Part shown: piece by piece, positions 13,575 to 25,175 of the stretch
How the letters are laid out: each line of letters opens with the position of its first letter
Position numbering within the stretch: the first letter of the stretch is position 1
Assembly (NCBI RefSeq): GCF_037042905.1
Contig: NC_087250.1
Location: 19,408,001-19,472,000 of the forward strand
Reading direction: 5' to 3'
DNA from: Lytechinus pictus
Lineage: Eukaryota
DNA length: 64,000 nucleotides
The notes under the pieces: generated by a model
Database searches by the model: none
Told to the model about the DNA's origin: nothing
What the model saw: the letters and a program-made list of their open reading frames with translations, nothing else
Translations under genes and position numbers: made by a program

Positions 13575-16125
13575 TAGTGTGCTCCATTCATATAGCTTTT
13601 AACACATGGATTATAATTTTTTTTAAATGTTCAGTTATCTCGTTTAGTTCGGCCGTATAATCATGGTAGGCATATCTTGTTGGTAAAAATTAAATTAAAA
13701 TGTACATAAACTTCCATAGCACAACCCCCCCCCCCCAAAAAAAAAAAAAAAAAAAAAACACTTTTACTTCTTCCTCTTTGACTGGCCGACTATGGATTTC
13801 ATGAATGGCAATGTGTCCGAACAGCCTGTATCCCCGCCCCTTTAAAAATACTGGACCCGTCAGTACCTGTGTGTATATTTTTTTCCTGACAAATTCAACC
13901 AGACAGACCACCAACTGTCTTCTCAAATTTGAGCTCCCCCCCCCCCCCCCCCGCTACGAAATCTCGGATCTGGGGGACACATTAAACTCCTGAAATAAAA
14001 TATCACAGAAAGGGAAATAGTAGAATAATTCGTGCATAAAAATAAATTATAAGAACACATTGAGACACTTTTTCCGAAATTATTAAATATTTTAATAAAA
14101 ACAAGAAATCGGGGGGGGGGGGGGCAAGGGTGTATGAATGAGTAAATAAATGAATACCATATAGGCGAAGAAAAAATGCGATATTTGGATGGTGAATTAA
14201 TGAAATGACGATCAATCAATATTTTTTTGATGAAATTTTCGGCATATTATGCTCAGTGAATTCTACTCTATTTATTAAGCTATAAATACTTTCAACCCGG
14301 ACCATCCATTTAGGTTTTAAAATGAATGCAGGAAGAGAAAATAGGTTAGCTGTAGAAATACTGGCATATCAATGAACGGTATAGCTTTTTAAAAAACAAA
14401 AGGTTATTAAGGTTAAAAAAAAAGTACTTTGAAAGAAGGGCCTACTTTTATACGCAAAATGAATAATATACATAATGATAGGCCTATCCCCAATTGCCGG
14501 GGGGGGGGATAAGTCTCAGTAAAATATAGATTAATTTAATTAAGTGTAGATATCCCTCAAGCAATAATGAAATTGACCAAAAGAAAATTAATAAATCTTC
14601 CCCGAATGAATATACCTATTTGTTTTCTTTTTCGAACTTAAATGGATGAAAAGTGGGGAGGCGGAGGAGGCATTTATGTAAGGAATGAAATAAAAAACCA
14701 AATATACACAGGAAGCCAGATGAGTGATTCAATATTGAATAAGAGAAGAAAGCTGATTTCAAAAAAATATTGACTATACTTACATCCAGGTGATTATAAA
14801 TAGATATATGATACATGAATGAATAAATGGATTCAATTGCAGCATTACGTCAAGTGAAATATTGGGGGAAAATCATTTACAAGAACTATGTAATTTGATT
14901 ATTGATGACACCTCCCCATAGGCGGCGGAAGCGGGGGGGGGGGGGGGGGGGGACAGGTCCCCCCTAAATTTGCGGTGGGGGGACGGTCCCCCCTAAAATT
15001 GAGGTTGATAACCTTTATGCACCTCCCTCCCCGCAAAAAATATAATTAAAATGAAATGCAGGGGGGCTCCAATTTATTTTATAATAATAATATTATAATA
15101 ATAATGAACTTCCACACATAAAAAGAATTAAAAACGAATGATAACTCGATCTGACTCTCTATATCACAAAAGAAAAAAAAAAACTGAAAACAAATAAATT
15201 AAATGATTAATGAATAAATATAAATACATTTATTTATCAATATAAATACATTTATTTATCATACATATTAATCAATTCAAATAATAGATTGATAAATAAA
15301 TAAACGAAATTTCACACATGAAAATAATTAAAAACGAATGATACTCTGACTCTCTACATCACAAAAGAAAAAAAAAACTGAAAACAAATAAATTAAATGA
15401 TTAATGAATAAATATAAATATATTTATTTATCAATATAAATACATTTATTTATCATACATATTAATCAATTCAAATAATAGATTGATAAATAAATAAACG
15501 AAATTTCACACATGAAAATAATTAAAAACGAATGATACTCTGACTCTCTACATCACAAAAGAAAAAAAAAACTGAAAACAAATAAATTAAATGATTAATG
15601 AATAAATATAAATATATTTATTTATCAATATAAATACATTTATTTATCATACATATTAATCTATTAAAATAGATTGAAATAAATGAACTTCCGCACATAA
15701 AAATAATTAAAACAAATGATACCTCTGACTCTCTATATCACATAAGAAAAAAAAACTGAAAACAATAAATGATTAAATACATTAATTAATCAATACATAT
15801 AGATTGATAAATAAATCAATAAGTTAATAACTGTAATAACACATAAATAAATCGACAGATGAATTTCTGAAGATGTGAATTATTATTCTCTCTCCTTGTT
15901 TATTTGGAAAATAAATTGGAGCCCCCCCCCCCCGCCCCTTACAGTGCCGCCCATGATATTCTTTCCTTGTTTATTTGGAAAATAAATTGGAGGCTCCCCC
16001 CCCCTCCCCCGGCCCCCTACAGCGCCGCCCATGATAATTCTCACCGGCCGGGGAAACAAGCCCCACGACCACGTTATTTTCCATTATATAATAGTGTAAG
16101 GGGCCTCGATAACGAGTATACTATA

Positions 16126-16657
16126 CCCGGGGGGGGCACTCGACCAAAAAAGTGGTAGGGGTGTGCCGCGGGCGAGACAAAAAACGGGGGCCTTGGAGCG
16201 GGCTTATTGTAAAAAGGAGGGTCCTCGGAACGGAATTCGGAACTACAATTTTGTGAAAACGGGGGTCCTTGGAACGGATCGCCAGCGTGCGAGTACGTGC
16301 GTATGTACCCCTATGGAACGGGCATGCGTGCATGATGCATCCAGCGCGGCCTTCGCCGGGTGCGCTAGCGCAGAGACGATGGTCGGACAGCGCTCGGCTG
16401 CCGCTTTTCACCAAAATTGCAGCGGATCAATGCGACCGGAACGGCGTAACGAAAAATATGCGAAGCTTTGGAGCGGATTTTTTTTTTTTTTTTTTCTCGA
16501 TAAGAACAAATTGCTATGCCTTGGAGCGGCTTTCTTTGTTTTTTGTCTCAATAAGACAAAAATGCTATGCCTCGGAACGGAAATTTGAGTGTGAAAATGG
16601 GGGTCCCTTCCGCGGCACATACCCACTATGCATTATATACTGAGTGCCCCCCCCGGG
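16126..16657. mobile_element. MITE with CCCGGGGGGGGCACTC termini, inserted in the right foldback arm
   Basis: 16-bp TIR and 8-bp TSD ATACTATA; absent from the left arm (~10710). Confidence 0.85.
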
Positions 16658-17644
16658 ATACTATATAGTCGTCATCCGAGCCCCACACACGTGCGAATGC
16701 TGTGAAAAGCGCATTGGACGGGGTCGGGGCCAGTTTCGCGACTATCTTAGGATGCAAGCTTAATATATACTCGTGATATAGGCCCCGCTACTGTGTTGGA
16801 GTGTCTGAAGTGCCGTAGTGCGGGGCCTATATAACGGTTATAGTACTATACTCGTGAAACAGGCCCCGCAAACGGACATTCAAAGCCATTCAACACAGCA
16901 GCGGGGCCTATATCACGAGTATATATAGTGAGCTGAAGTTAGCAACCTAGATATTGAGGTATGATCGATTACAATTTTTTTCTCGAGCGGGGCCTATATC
17001 ACGAGTATGCCATACTAGTCTGTAATTATTAAAAGGATAGGCCTAGCCGCCTAGGTATATCTTCAGAAATAGTTTTTATTGTTGGTAATGACCTTGAAAA
17101 CACACCTAGTAAGTATACGTGTCGCTCATCTCGTCGTGCGACAGGCCCCATGGCCATAGTCCTACCCGTAGATTCCCCACAGGCCACAGGCAGGATGGTT
17201 GCAGTGAGCCAGTGTAGCAGCCGGTAGTGAAGTGGAGTGGATGGAGCCTACCAGTCAGACTGCAGGTCCCAAGAAAGTGGCTTCTTTCATCCAAGTGATA
17301 TTCATGACTTGAGATGTTTTGCATATTTAATGAGCTTGATGCGGACCAAAACACCTCTTTTCATTCGGTCATTGCTGCTCTAATTATGCATCGAATTTCA
17401 TGAATTTGGTACCATTGTAAAGAAGAAGAATAATTCTTTCAGGTCATGTGTTTGGATTTATTCAAAGATTTTGTAATATAGGTTAAAATTTTGATCTAAA
17501 ATATGCTACAAAATAAATATTTTCACCTGACAAAAGCTGCTATTTTCACACTTTATTTTTGTTTGAGCCCAAATGATATTTATATCATGATAAAGCTGAA
17601 TATGTATGCTTTGAAATGATAAAGGTTTCAAAATAAGAATTGGT

Positions 17645-17937
17645 TTAATCGGGTCAAGATCACACTTTTCATTTGCCAAGTACATAAAGCAGCTTGAAAA
17701 CAAGTATACTGCACTCTGATTGGTCAAAAAGACCACACAATGGCAAATTCCAACGGTTCCAGTGCCTGGGTTCGTGGGAAGGTCACACTTCCCATGTGGT
17801 AATCTCCTCAAATACCCCGCGCCTGTTGTTCTGTGAACCTTATCCAGCCAATCAGAACTCTGGATTTCATGCAAGTACAAAATTTCAGAAATCTCGTCTT
17901 GTACCTTGGTGGGAAAAGTGTGATCTTGACCCGATTA
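17645..17937. mobile_element. MITE with ~25-bp TIR
   Basis: TTAATCGGGTCAAGATCACACTTTTC ... GAAAAGTGTGATCTTGACCCGATTAA. Confidence 0.7.
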
Positions 17938-19357
17938 AAAGGTGCCGCATATCAAGAGTGGCATTGTGAGAAAGTACATAAGTTCAGCTTTATGGTGATA
18001 TAGATATCAGTGAGGCTCAAAATAAAAAGTTTTGCACAATTTGCAAAAGAAAACAGAGGAAGAAAATTCAGTTTTGAGGCACAATTTCAGGCCAGAAATT
18101 TACTTATTTAACAAAATATTGTATACAAAATAAATGACCAATATGAAAGAGTAACTTTTACTCTATCTGATGGTGCAATAATATTTCATTTAACTTGAGG
18201 TTAAAACAGGTAAATTCTTAGAGAAAGAAAATCTCACAAATCACGAGATTTTGCAAGGAGGAGGATTCAGCCACGAGATGATTTGGATGAATCTGGCCTT
18301 TTTGCTCATTAGCATAGGGACCTGCGGTCTGACTGCTACACGAACTTCGCTCGATCTCGAGCCTCGACTCGAGGTAGGTACACAGCCACAGGACTGTGCA
18401 CAGATTCACGTCTTACTCTTATTTACTATCTATAATATACTGCAGGTTCCCAGATCTGTCACGAAATCATAGTGAAAAAACTCACCAGACTCTGTCTCAA
18501 AAAGATTCAAGTCAGCTGTGCCTATGGCTGCGAAATTTATAAGGTCTCCATTTCTGTTGACTAGCTAAATAAGCGCGGCTCGTGTCGTCGATGTCCGTCC
18601 ACGTATGTTCACGGCCTCAACTCAGTGGAGCGCGCCATTGAAAGGCCTTTTCGCCTAGCAATATTGTTAGCGACGTTTGTTAGCATCACTTTGCTCACTC
18701 TCCAAAATGTCTGCGACATTAACATTCTAAAAACAATGGATTTGTTCAATTTTAGTGAGGCTATGAATGTTTATCATTTACATTGACTATCAGTGTACCA
18801 ACATATACCGAATTTACAAGCAAGTGTGGGTAAGACTTTGAATTATCAGTCATTTCGATGCAATCCCAAAATTGATGAAAATATAACAGAAATTTGATAT
18901 AGCATTGCAAAATCCTTATTTTCATATCCCCTTAATTTTTAATCATTTGCAAAAGCATCTTAGTACGTTTCCTAGAATTTTTCACAACTGATAACGGTGG
19001 TGGCTTATTGATTCTAGTTTTTTTTAAGAAATGGCAGGCATTTGAAATCAGGTAAATTGTTGTTATATTTTTAAAAGAAAATCGTTAGATTCGAACAACT
19101 TACTAATAGTTCTCCAAAAGAAGGGTTATATTCAATTATCTGTGTGTAAATGATACATGACGACAAATTTTACGAGTATATCATTGCATATTGGATAACC
19201 GTTTTCCACGATGAGTTTCGTAATTGAGAGAAAAATCAAGTTCATTCCTAGCACGCGAGCCGCAGAATGATAAATTTTAGCGTGCGCACACGGGCTGATC
19301 GCCGCGTCTGCGGGGACGGATATCTATGGAAGCAGGAGACCGTCAAAAACACGGATA

Positions 19358-19706
19358 TACGTCGTGTCGTAATTCAATTTACTACACGACGTAAATAATT
19401 ACGTAGTGTAGTAATTCGAATTACTACACGACGTAAATAATTACGTAGTGTAGTAATTCGAATTACTACACGACGCAATTCTGAATTACTGCCCAACGAT
19501 TTAATGTCATGACGTTAAATGAATTAGTGTCGCTACATCAAATGATTAAGGTCGTGTAGTAATTTGAATTACTACACGACGTAAATAATTACGTAGTGTA
19601 GTAATTCCAATTACTACACTACCTAAAGAATTACGTCGTGTAGTAAATAATTACTACACGACGTAATTCCGAATTACTGCTCAACGATTTAATGTCATGA
19701 CGTTAA
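19358..19706. repeat. Outer-domain palindromic repeats (TTACGTCGTGTAGTAAT / ATTACTACACGACGTAA)
   Basis: Alternating-orientation ~17-bp motif in ~41-bp units; mirrored at ~55995-56178. Confidence 0.9.
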
Positions 19707-20358
19707 ATCAACCAATGGGATCGTTCGTTATAAACCTATAAAGCAATGCCAGCGCGGGGGAACTTGAATGCCGGCCGATCGCGCTGGAGTTATCGACCAA
19801 TAGCGCCCGACCAATAAGGATTTTGAAGATAGTGAACTATAAATCAATAGATTTTGTGAACCGTGTCTCCAAAAGCACGAATTGAAATTGAAAGTAAGTT
19901 AAAAGATATCGGTATCAAGAGTAAACGATTATCTATTAAAGTTGAAACGAAAAAACTTATAAACATCGATTAGCATTGGTAATGATTAATAATTATGTAT
20001 TGGAAGATGTCTGACATTGTGTTTTATTGCAACACTTAAGGGGAAGAAAATGATGTTTAATTTATGAGTTTGTCAAGGTATGCATCAATTTGTAAAGACA
20101 TCCAACTTCTATTTGTTATATGTATTCTATTTTTTGTATGAATTGAAGTTGTAAAAAAAAACTACTGAATACAACAAAAAAATAATAATGATAAGAATAA
20201 AAAAACTCATACTGATTGGTGGTTGCGGGAGCCGGATGAGGGGCGCGTATGGATGACAACAAAACAAAGACGGTGATTTTTTGGGTCTTAAAAAAAAAAA
20301 ATTATGCCCACAATTCAAAACCAGGATAAAAACACACAGACAATGACCCATAGGAGTA

Positions 20359-20888
20359 GTTAATGGTGTATGTGTTTGGGAGGGAAGGGGCGACGGACAC
20401 AACTTTTGTTCTCTTCAGTGAGGATTTCTATTATTTTTTTTTGCTTTTTTTTTGTTGGGGAGGCTAGTTGTTTTTTGCAGGCGTAACCGTTAGTCCAAAA
20501 TAATTATGGGCCACGGGGGGGGGGGGGTGGCAAATATGGCGTAAAAGACATCAGTCACTCAAATTTAAAAAATATATTTCATTTCGAAAAACGGCACATT
20601 TCATTTTACGCTCTTGTGCATGCAACAAAATTGAGTGACTGATGTTTCTGTATAGTTTCATTTTTTTGCTCTCTTGCATTTTTAACAGATTTTGTCTTTT
20701 ACGCCATGTTTGCCACCCCCCCCCCCCCCCCCCGTGGCCCATAATTATTTGGAATAACGGTTACGCCTGCAAAAAACAACTAGCCTCTCCAACAACAAAA
20801 AAGCAAAAAAAATTAATAGAAATCCTCACTGAAGAGAACAAAAGTTGTGTCCGTCACCCCTTCCCTCCCAAACACATACACCATTAAC
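20359..20888. mobile_element. Palindromic MITE with ~190-bp TIRs
   Basis: GTTAATGGTGTATGTG...GGCGTAAAAGACA is mirrored by TGTCTTTTACGCC...CACATACACCATTAAC. Confidence 0.85.
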
Positions 20889-21445
20889 GGGTGTCTGGAA
20901 AACGAAGACCGAAGACCGGGGACTCATATCACACTCGTATGAAAGCGTTTGTAGTTCACGCCCGAAGTGTGTAACAAAGCAGTGCAAAGTGTGTACAAAA
21001 CACGTGCGCGGGTTAGAATGGACTTTGGACCTTGCCCCGACACATGTTCTCCCATTGACAATGCACGGGTCCCCGGTCTTCGATCTTCGTTTTCCAAACC
21101 TGTTGTTGGGTGTCTGGAAAACGAAGACCGAAGACCGGGGATCGCATTCGTTTAGCTAAGATACCACTTATAAATGTCATTATGAAGGCCTCTATTATTC
21201 AGCTAAAATTCAAGAATATTCTGATCTAGAATACATTAATGTCATTAATTGGCTGATAATGAAGTCATGTTAATTGCTTGTGTCAATAATTAGTATAAGT
21301 AGACCAGTTGAAGCGGGATAGGTCTCCCAGTTTACACCACTATTCCACTGAGACAAGTAACAAACTCCAGTAATCAATCAGACCAGTTTCAAATTTCCAG
21401 TTAAAGGTTAACTCTAGACCAGTAATTTCAGACCAGTTTAATTCT

Positions 21446-22245
21446 CCCTTGTAAAAAAGTACTGCGGTAGTACTGCGGTACAAGTACCGCAGTACTACCG
21501 CAGTACAAGTACTGCGGTAGTACTCGTGGTAAATTGGTCGGTACTACTGCGGTAGTACCGCGGTAGTACCGCAGTACCTGTACTGCGGTAGTACCGCGGT
21601 ACCTATACTGCGGTAGTACTGCAGTAGTACCGCAGTACAGGTACTGCAGTAGTACCGCAGTACAGGTACTGCGGTAGTACCGCAGTACCTGTACTGCGGT
21701 AGTACCGCGGTACCTATACTGCGGTAGTACCGCAGTAGTACTGCAGTAGTACCGCGGTACCTATACTGCGGTAGTACCGCAGTACAGGTACTGCGGTAGT
21801 ACCGCGGTACCTGTACTGCGGTAGTACCGCGGTACCTGTACTGCGGTAGTACCGCGGTACCTATACTGCGGTAGTACCGCAGTACCTGTACTGCGGTAGT
21901 ACCGCAGTACAGGGTACCTGTACTGCGGTACCTATACTGCGGTAGTACCGCAGTAGTACTGCCGTAGTACCGCAGTAGTACTGCCGTAGTACCGCAGTAC
22001 CTGTACTGCGGTAGTACCGCGGTACCTATACTGCGGTAGTACCGCAGTACAGGTACTGCGGTAGTACCGCGGTACCTGTACTGCGGTAGTACCGCGGTAC
22101 CTGTACTGCGGTAGTACCGCGGTACCTATACTGCGGTACTACCGCAGTAGTACCGCTGTACCTGTAAACCTGTACTGCGATAGTACTGCGATAGTACCGT
22201 GGTACCTGTACCATGGTACTACCCTGGTGCTACTGCGGTACTTGC
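21446..22245. repeat. Left subterminal array of GTACCGCGGTA/GTACTGCGGTA-type short repeats
   Basis: About 800 bp of 11-12-bp units in both orientations directly inside the TIR. Confidence 0.95.
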
Positions 22246-23166
22246 ACACCTTTATGAAAACGATCACAATTTCATTTAGCTTAATCACAGTAATAAGAAA
22301 ATTACAAAAGTATTAATATTATAAAAAGTTTATTTTGAGATATGTATATATATATATATATATATATATGTTTTAACATCTGTAATCATGTACTTTCTTA
22401 CTAACATGACTAAGTTTTGGCACACACAATGGCTAAATGGTTGGTTGAGGTAACGGGATTCCTGAAGTTTTAGCACACACAATGGCTGAATGGTTGGTTG
22501 AAGTAAAGGCAAGTTAAAGTTATATGCTTAATATTTTACATGATAAAAACTGTAGTGAAAATCATCTGTACTCGAGTTGCAACAAAAACAAAGATATCTA
22601 ACATCTCTACTTTAGTACTTTTATAACAACTATGACTAACGAGTTTTAGGTTCACGCACAATGTTTGTGGTGAAGGCAAGTTGAGATTACGCTTCATATA
22701 AAAAGTCTATACAATTTCCAAGAACTGTTGAGTTGTAAAACACTGTCCACGTACTTGTATCAAAGTTGCAACAAAAACATAAATCTTCCAATCTTTGACA
22801 AGGTAAGTAAATAGAAGTAAAACATGATTATTTAAAACCATTAAAACTAAACACATGCATCATATATGTAGAAATTGCAGCAGATAATCTATCAATAATA
22901 TCTCAAAACTGTAGTTAAAAACATCTCTACTGAGTTGCAACAAAAACATGTAGATATCTAACATCTCTACTTTAGTACTTTTTTATAACTACTATGACTA
23001 ACGAGTTTTAGGTTCGAGCACAATGTTTATGGTAAAGGCAAGTTGAGATTACGCTTCATATAAAGTCTATAAAATTTTCAAGAACTGTTGAGTTGTAAAA
23101 CACGTACTTGTATCCAAGTTGGAACAAAAACATACATCAATCAAGTTCCTTCCAATCTTTGACAAG

Positions 23167-23619
23167 TAACACGAATAATACAGTCAATTCAATCTTTATT
23201 TCCAAATAAAGATTGAATTGAGCGGAGAATTAAACTGACCATAAATATATATTATAGGTAATAAAGAGCAAAGAAAATGGGGTTCCATCGGGATTCGAAC
23301 CCGAGACCTCCGGATTGCTAGCCCGGTGCTCTACCGACTGAGCTATGGACGGCCCTAGTCGATAATTCGTCCCATAAACCCCTTAACTTTCAATGCTCGT
23401 ATGGTCAGAAGCTATAGAAACCTGACATAAACCCAAAGGATAGAATCAACTTTATAGGCCTATGCGAGGGATCACGGCGAAGTGATGCAGCTTTTTGAAT
23501 ATATAATTAACACGAATAATACAGTCAATTCAATCTTTATTTCCAAATAAAGATTGAATTGAGTGGAGAATTAAACTGAACATAAATATATATTATAGGT
23601 AATGAAGAGCAAAGAAAAT
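23167..23619. mobile_element. 453-bp insertion: 112-bp direct repeats flanking a tRNA-like core
   Basis: Repeats at 23167-23278 and 23508-23619. TSD CTTTGACAAG (23157-66 / 23620-29); empty site at ~22794. Confidence 0.8.
23278..23352 (-). pseudogene. tRNA-Ala(AGC)-like sequence (tRNA pseudogene or SINE-type head)
   Basis: A box TAGCTCAGTCGG, D stem GCTC/GAGC, anticodon arm CCGGG-CTAGCAA-TCCGG, T arm TCGGG-TTCGAAT-CCCGA. Acceptor stem pairs at only 4 of 7 positions; followed by TTTT. Confidence 0.7.
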
Positions 23620-25175
23620 CTTTGACAAGGTAAGTAAATAGAAGTAAAATATGATTATTTAAAATAATGAATCATAAATAAATAAATGAATCATATATGT
23701 AGAAATTGTAGCAGATAATCTATCAATAATATCTCAAAACTGTAGTTAAAAACATCTGTACTGAGTTGCAACAAAAACATGAAGATATCTAACATCTCTA
23801 CTTTAGTACTTTTTTATAACTACTACAGATAATCTATCAATAATATAACAATATTTGTTACAGCACTTTATCAATGTGACCTTACACAACAAATAAGTAG
23901 GGTAAATATATTGTGTACACATATAGAAGACAATGCCTTTAAAATGTTACATGAGCATACTTTGTTATTTGGCACAAGGCAAAGTTTTTAAAGGACGAGA
24001 GGAAATTTGCCACTTAAATAAATGGCGTCAAACGCATACACATTATCAAAGTTATTTTTCAGCACACAATGAATATATTTCAGCAATATCTTTGGCAAAT
24101 AGAGTACGGAACAATCAGGAACATGAAATAATTTGGTATATTCCCGTCATTCAAAATCATAACAAAAGCAATTTTAATTCCATTCGCTTTTGTTTAAAGA
24201 CCAGATTAACAATACCAAATGTCTCAAATTTTAATGCATGTTTGAGGCAATTTAGGTTCCCCATATAAATTTTGATGTCTTCCAAGAGACGTAGTTTCTT
24301 GTTAGTCTGATTTGATTCCATTCTTCAAGGTGAATTTGGGCTTTTATCCGTAGATCATATATAAATGCCATTTTTTGCACAAAAAAATCTCAAATTGTTT
24401 CCTTATCAGATCAAAATTTACTCAACAAGAAAGTTCTTGACACTTATTTGTTTAGAAGGGTGCCAACAAAGAACACTGATTGATGCGTGCGCACTGTCAT
24501 TTGATATCCACATGCCAAAACATAAAATTTAATATATTAGTACCAGCTGGACGGAAAACACAATACATGCCTAGAATTGATGTGATGGCCCATGAAGAGC
24601 TTTTTATCAAAATAGCTTTAGAAACAGGTGAAATGTTAAAGATCATCAAGCGTTGGGATGCTACGCTACAGATCGCCATTTTGAACTAGGCTAGTTTGTG
24701 CGCAAGATGGCACTGTGTGTATGATAAACGATGCAGGAGCACCTTTAATATATCAGATAAGGATAATTCTGGCCCCTATTAAAACATTATTATTATTTTT
24801 TTTAATGTTGGTCTGTAGCAAGCATTATAGCAATGCCTGTGGTCTAAAACATATTCCAATCAACCAAAAAAATACACAGGAGCGACGGGCGATTCAGAAG
24901 TGCCAGAAACGTACCAAACATGGCATACTCGGATAGGTCGCATCATGATGATCATACTAAATTATATTTGGAACAGAATATGCATGTGCTTGTTATTAAA
25001 GTCCTCTGATGCTGGCAGTGTTCGGCAGGCCCATGTTACTGACCTCGTCACTGAATGGTGCGAAGAATGTGGCAGGTCGCGCAAATTTGCCTCCTCTGGA
25101 CAGTGAACAGGGGATAATTAGTAAGTAACAAGACTTAGCTCATTATTAATTAATTAGTCATCTTGACAAAGTGCT

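Larger units (their letters stand above)
10368..17011. mobile_element. ~6.6-kb foldback element with >1-kb modular TIRs
   Basis: 10368-~11570 is the reverse complement of ~15100-17011. The outer domain has repeated CTCGTGATATAGGCCCCGC motifs; the inner domain has AT-rich ~155-190-bp tandem subrepeats. The middle is non-coding. Confidence 0.88.
22540..23830. repeat. ~360-bp tandem duplication (2.3 copies); second copy interrupted by the tRNA-like cassette
   Basis: AAAACTGTAGT...GAGTTGCAACAAAAAC at ~22546, ~22905 and ~23736. Confidence 0.8.

Noticed and set aside
16121..16643. Overlapping GC-rich ORFs up to 141 aa
   Set aside because: Entirely within a 532-bp MITE; no domain similarity evident.
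18543..19341. Element bounded by GGTCTCC...GGAGACC
   Set aside because: Only a 7-bp inverted match and no TSD.
23278..23352. Functional tRNA-Ala gene
   Set aside because: Acceptor stem pairs at only 4 of 7 positions and it sits in a TSD-flanked insertion.
23933..25106. Possible transposase remnant from short + strand ORFs
   Set aside because: No recognisable CACTA/DDE motifs; the position fits the 3' UTR of the minus-strand gene.
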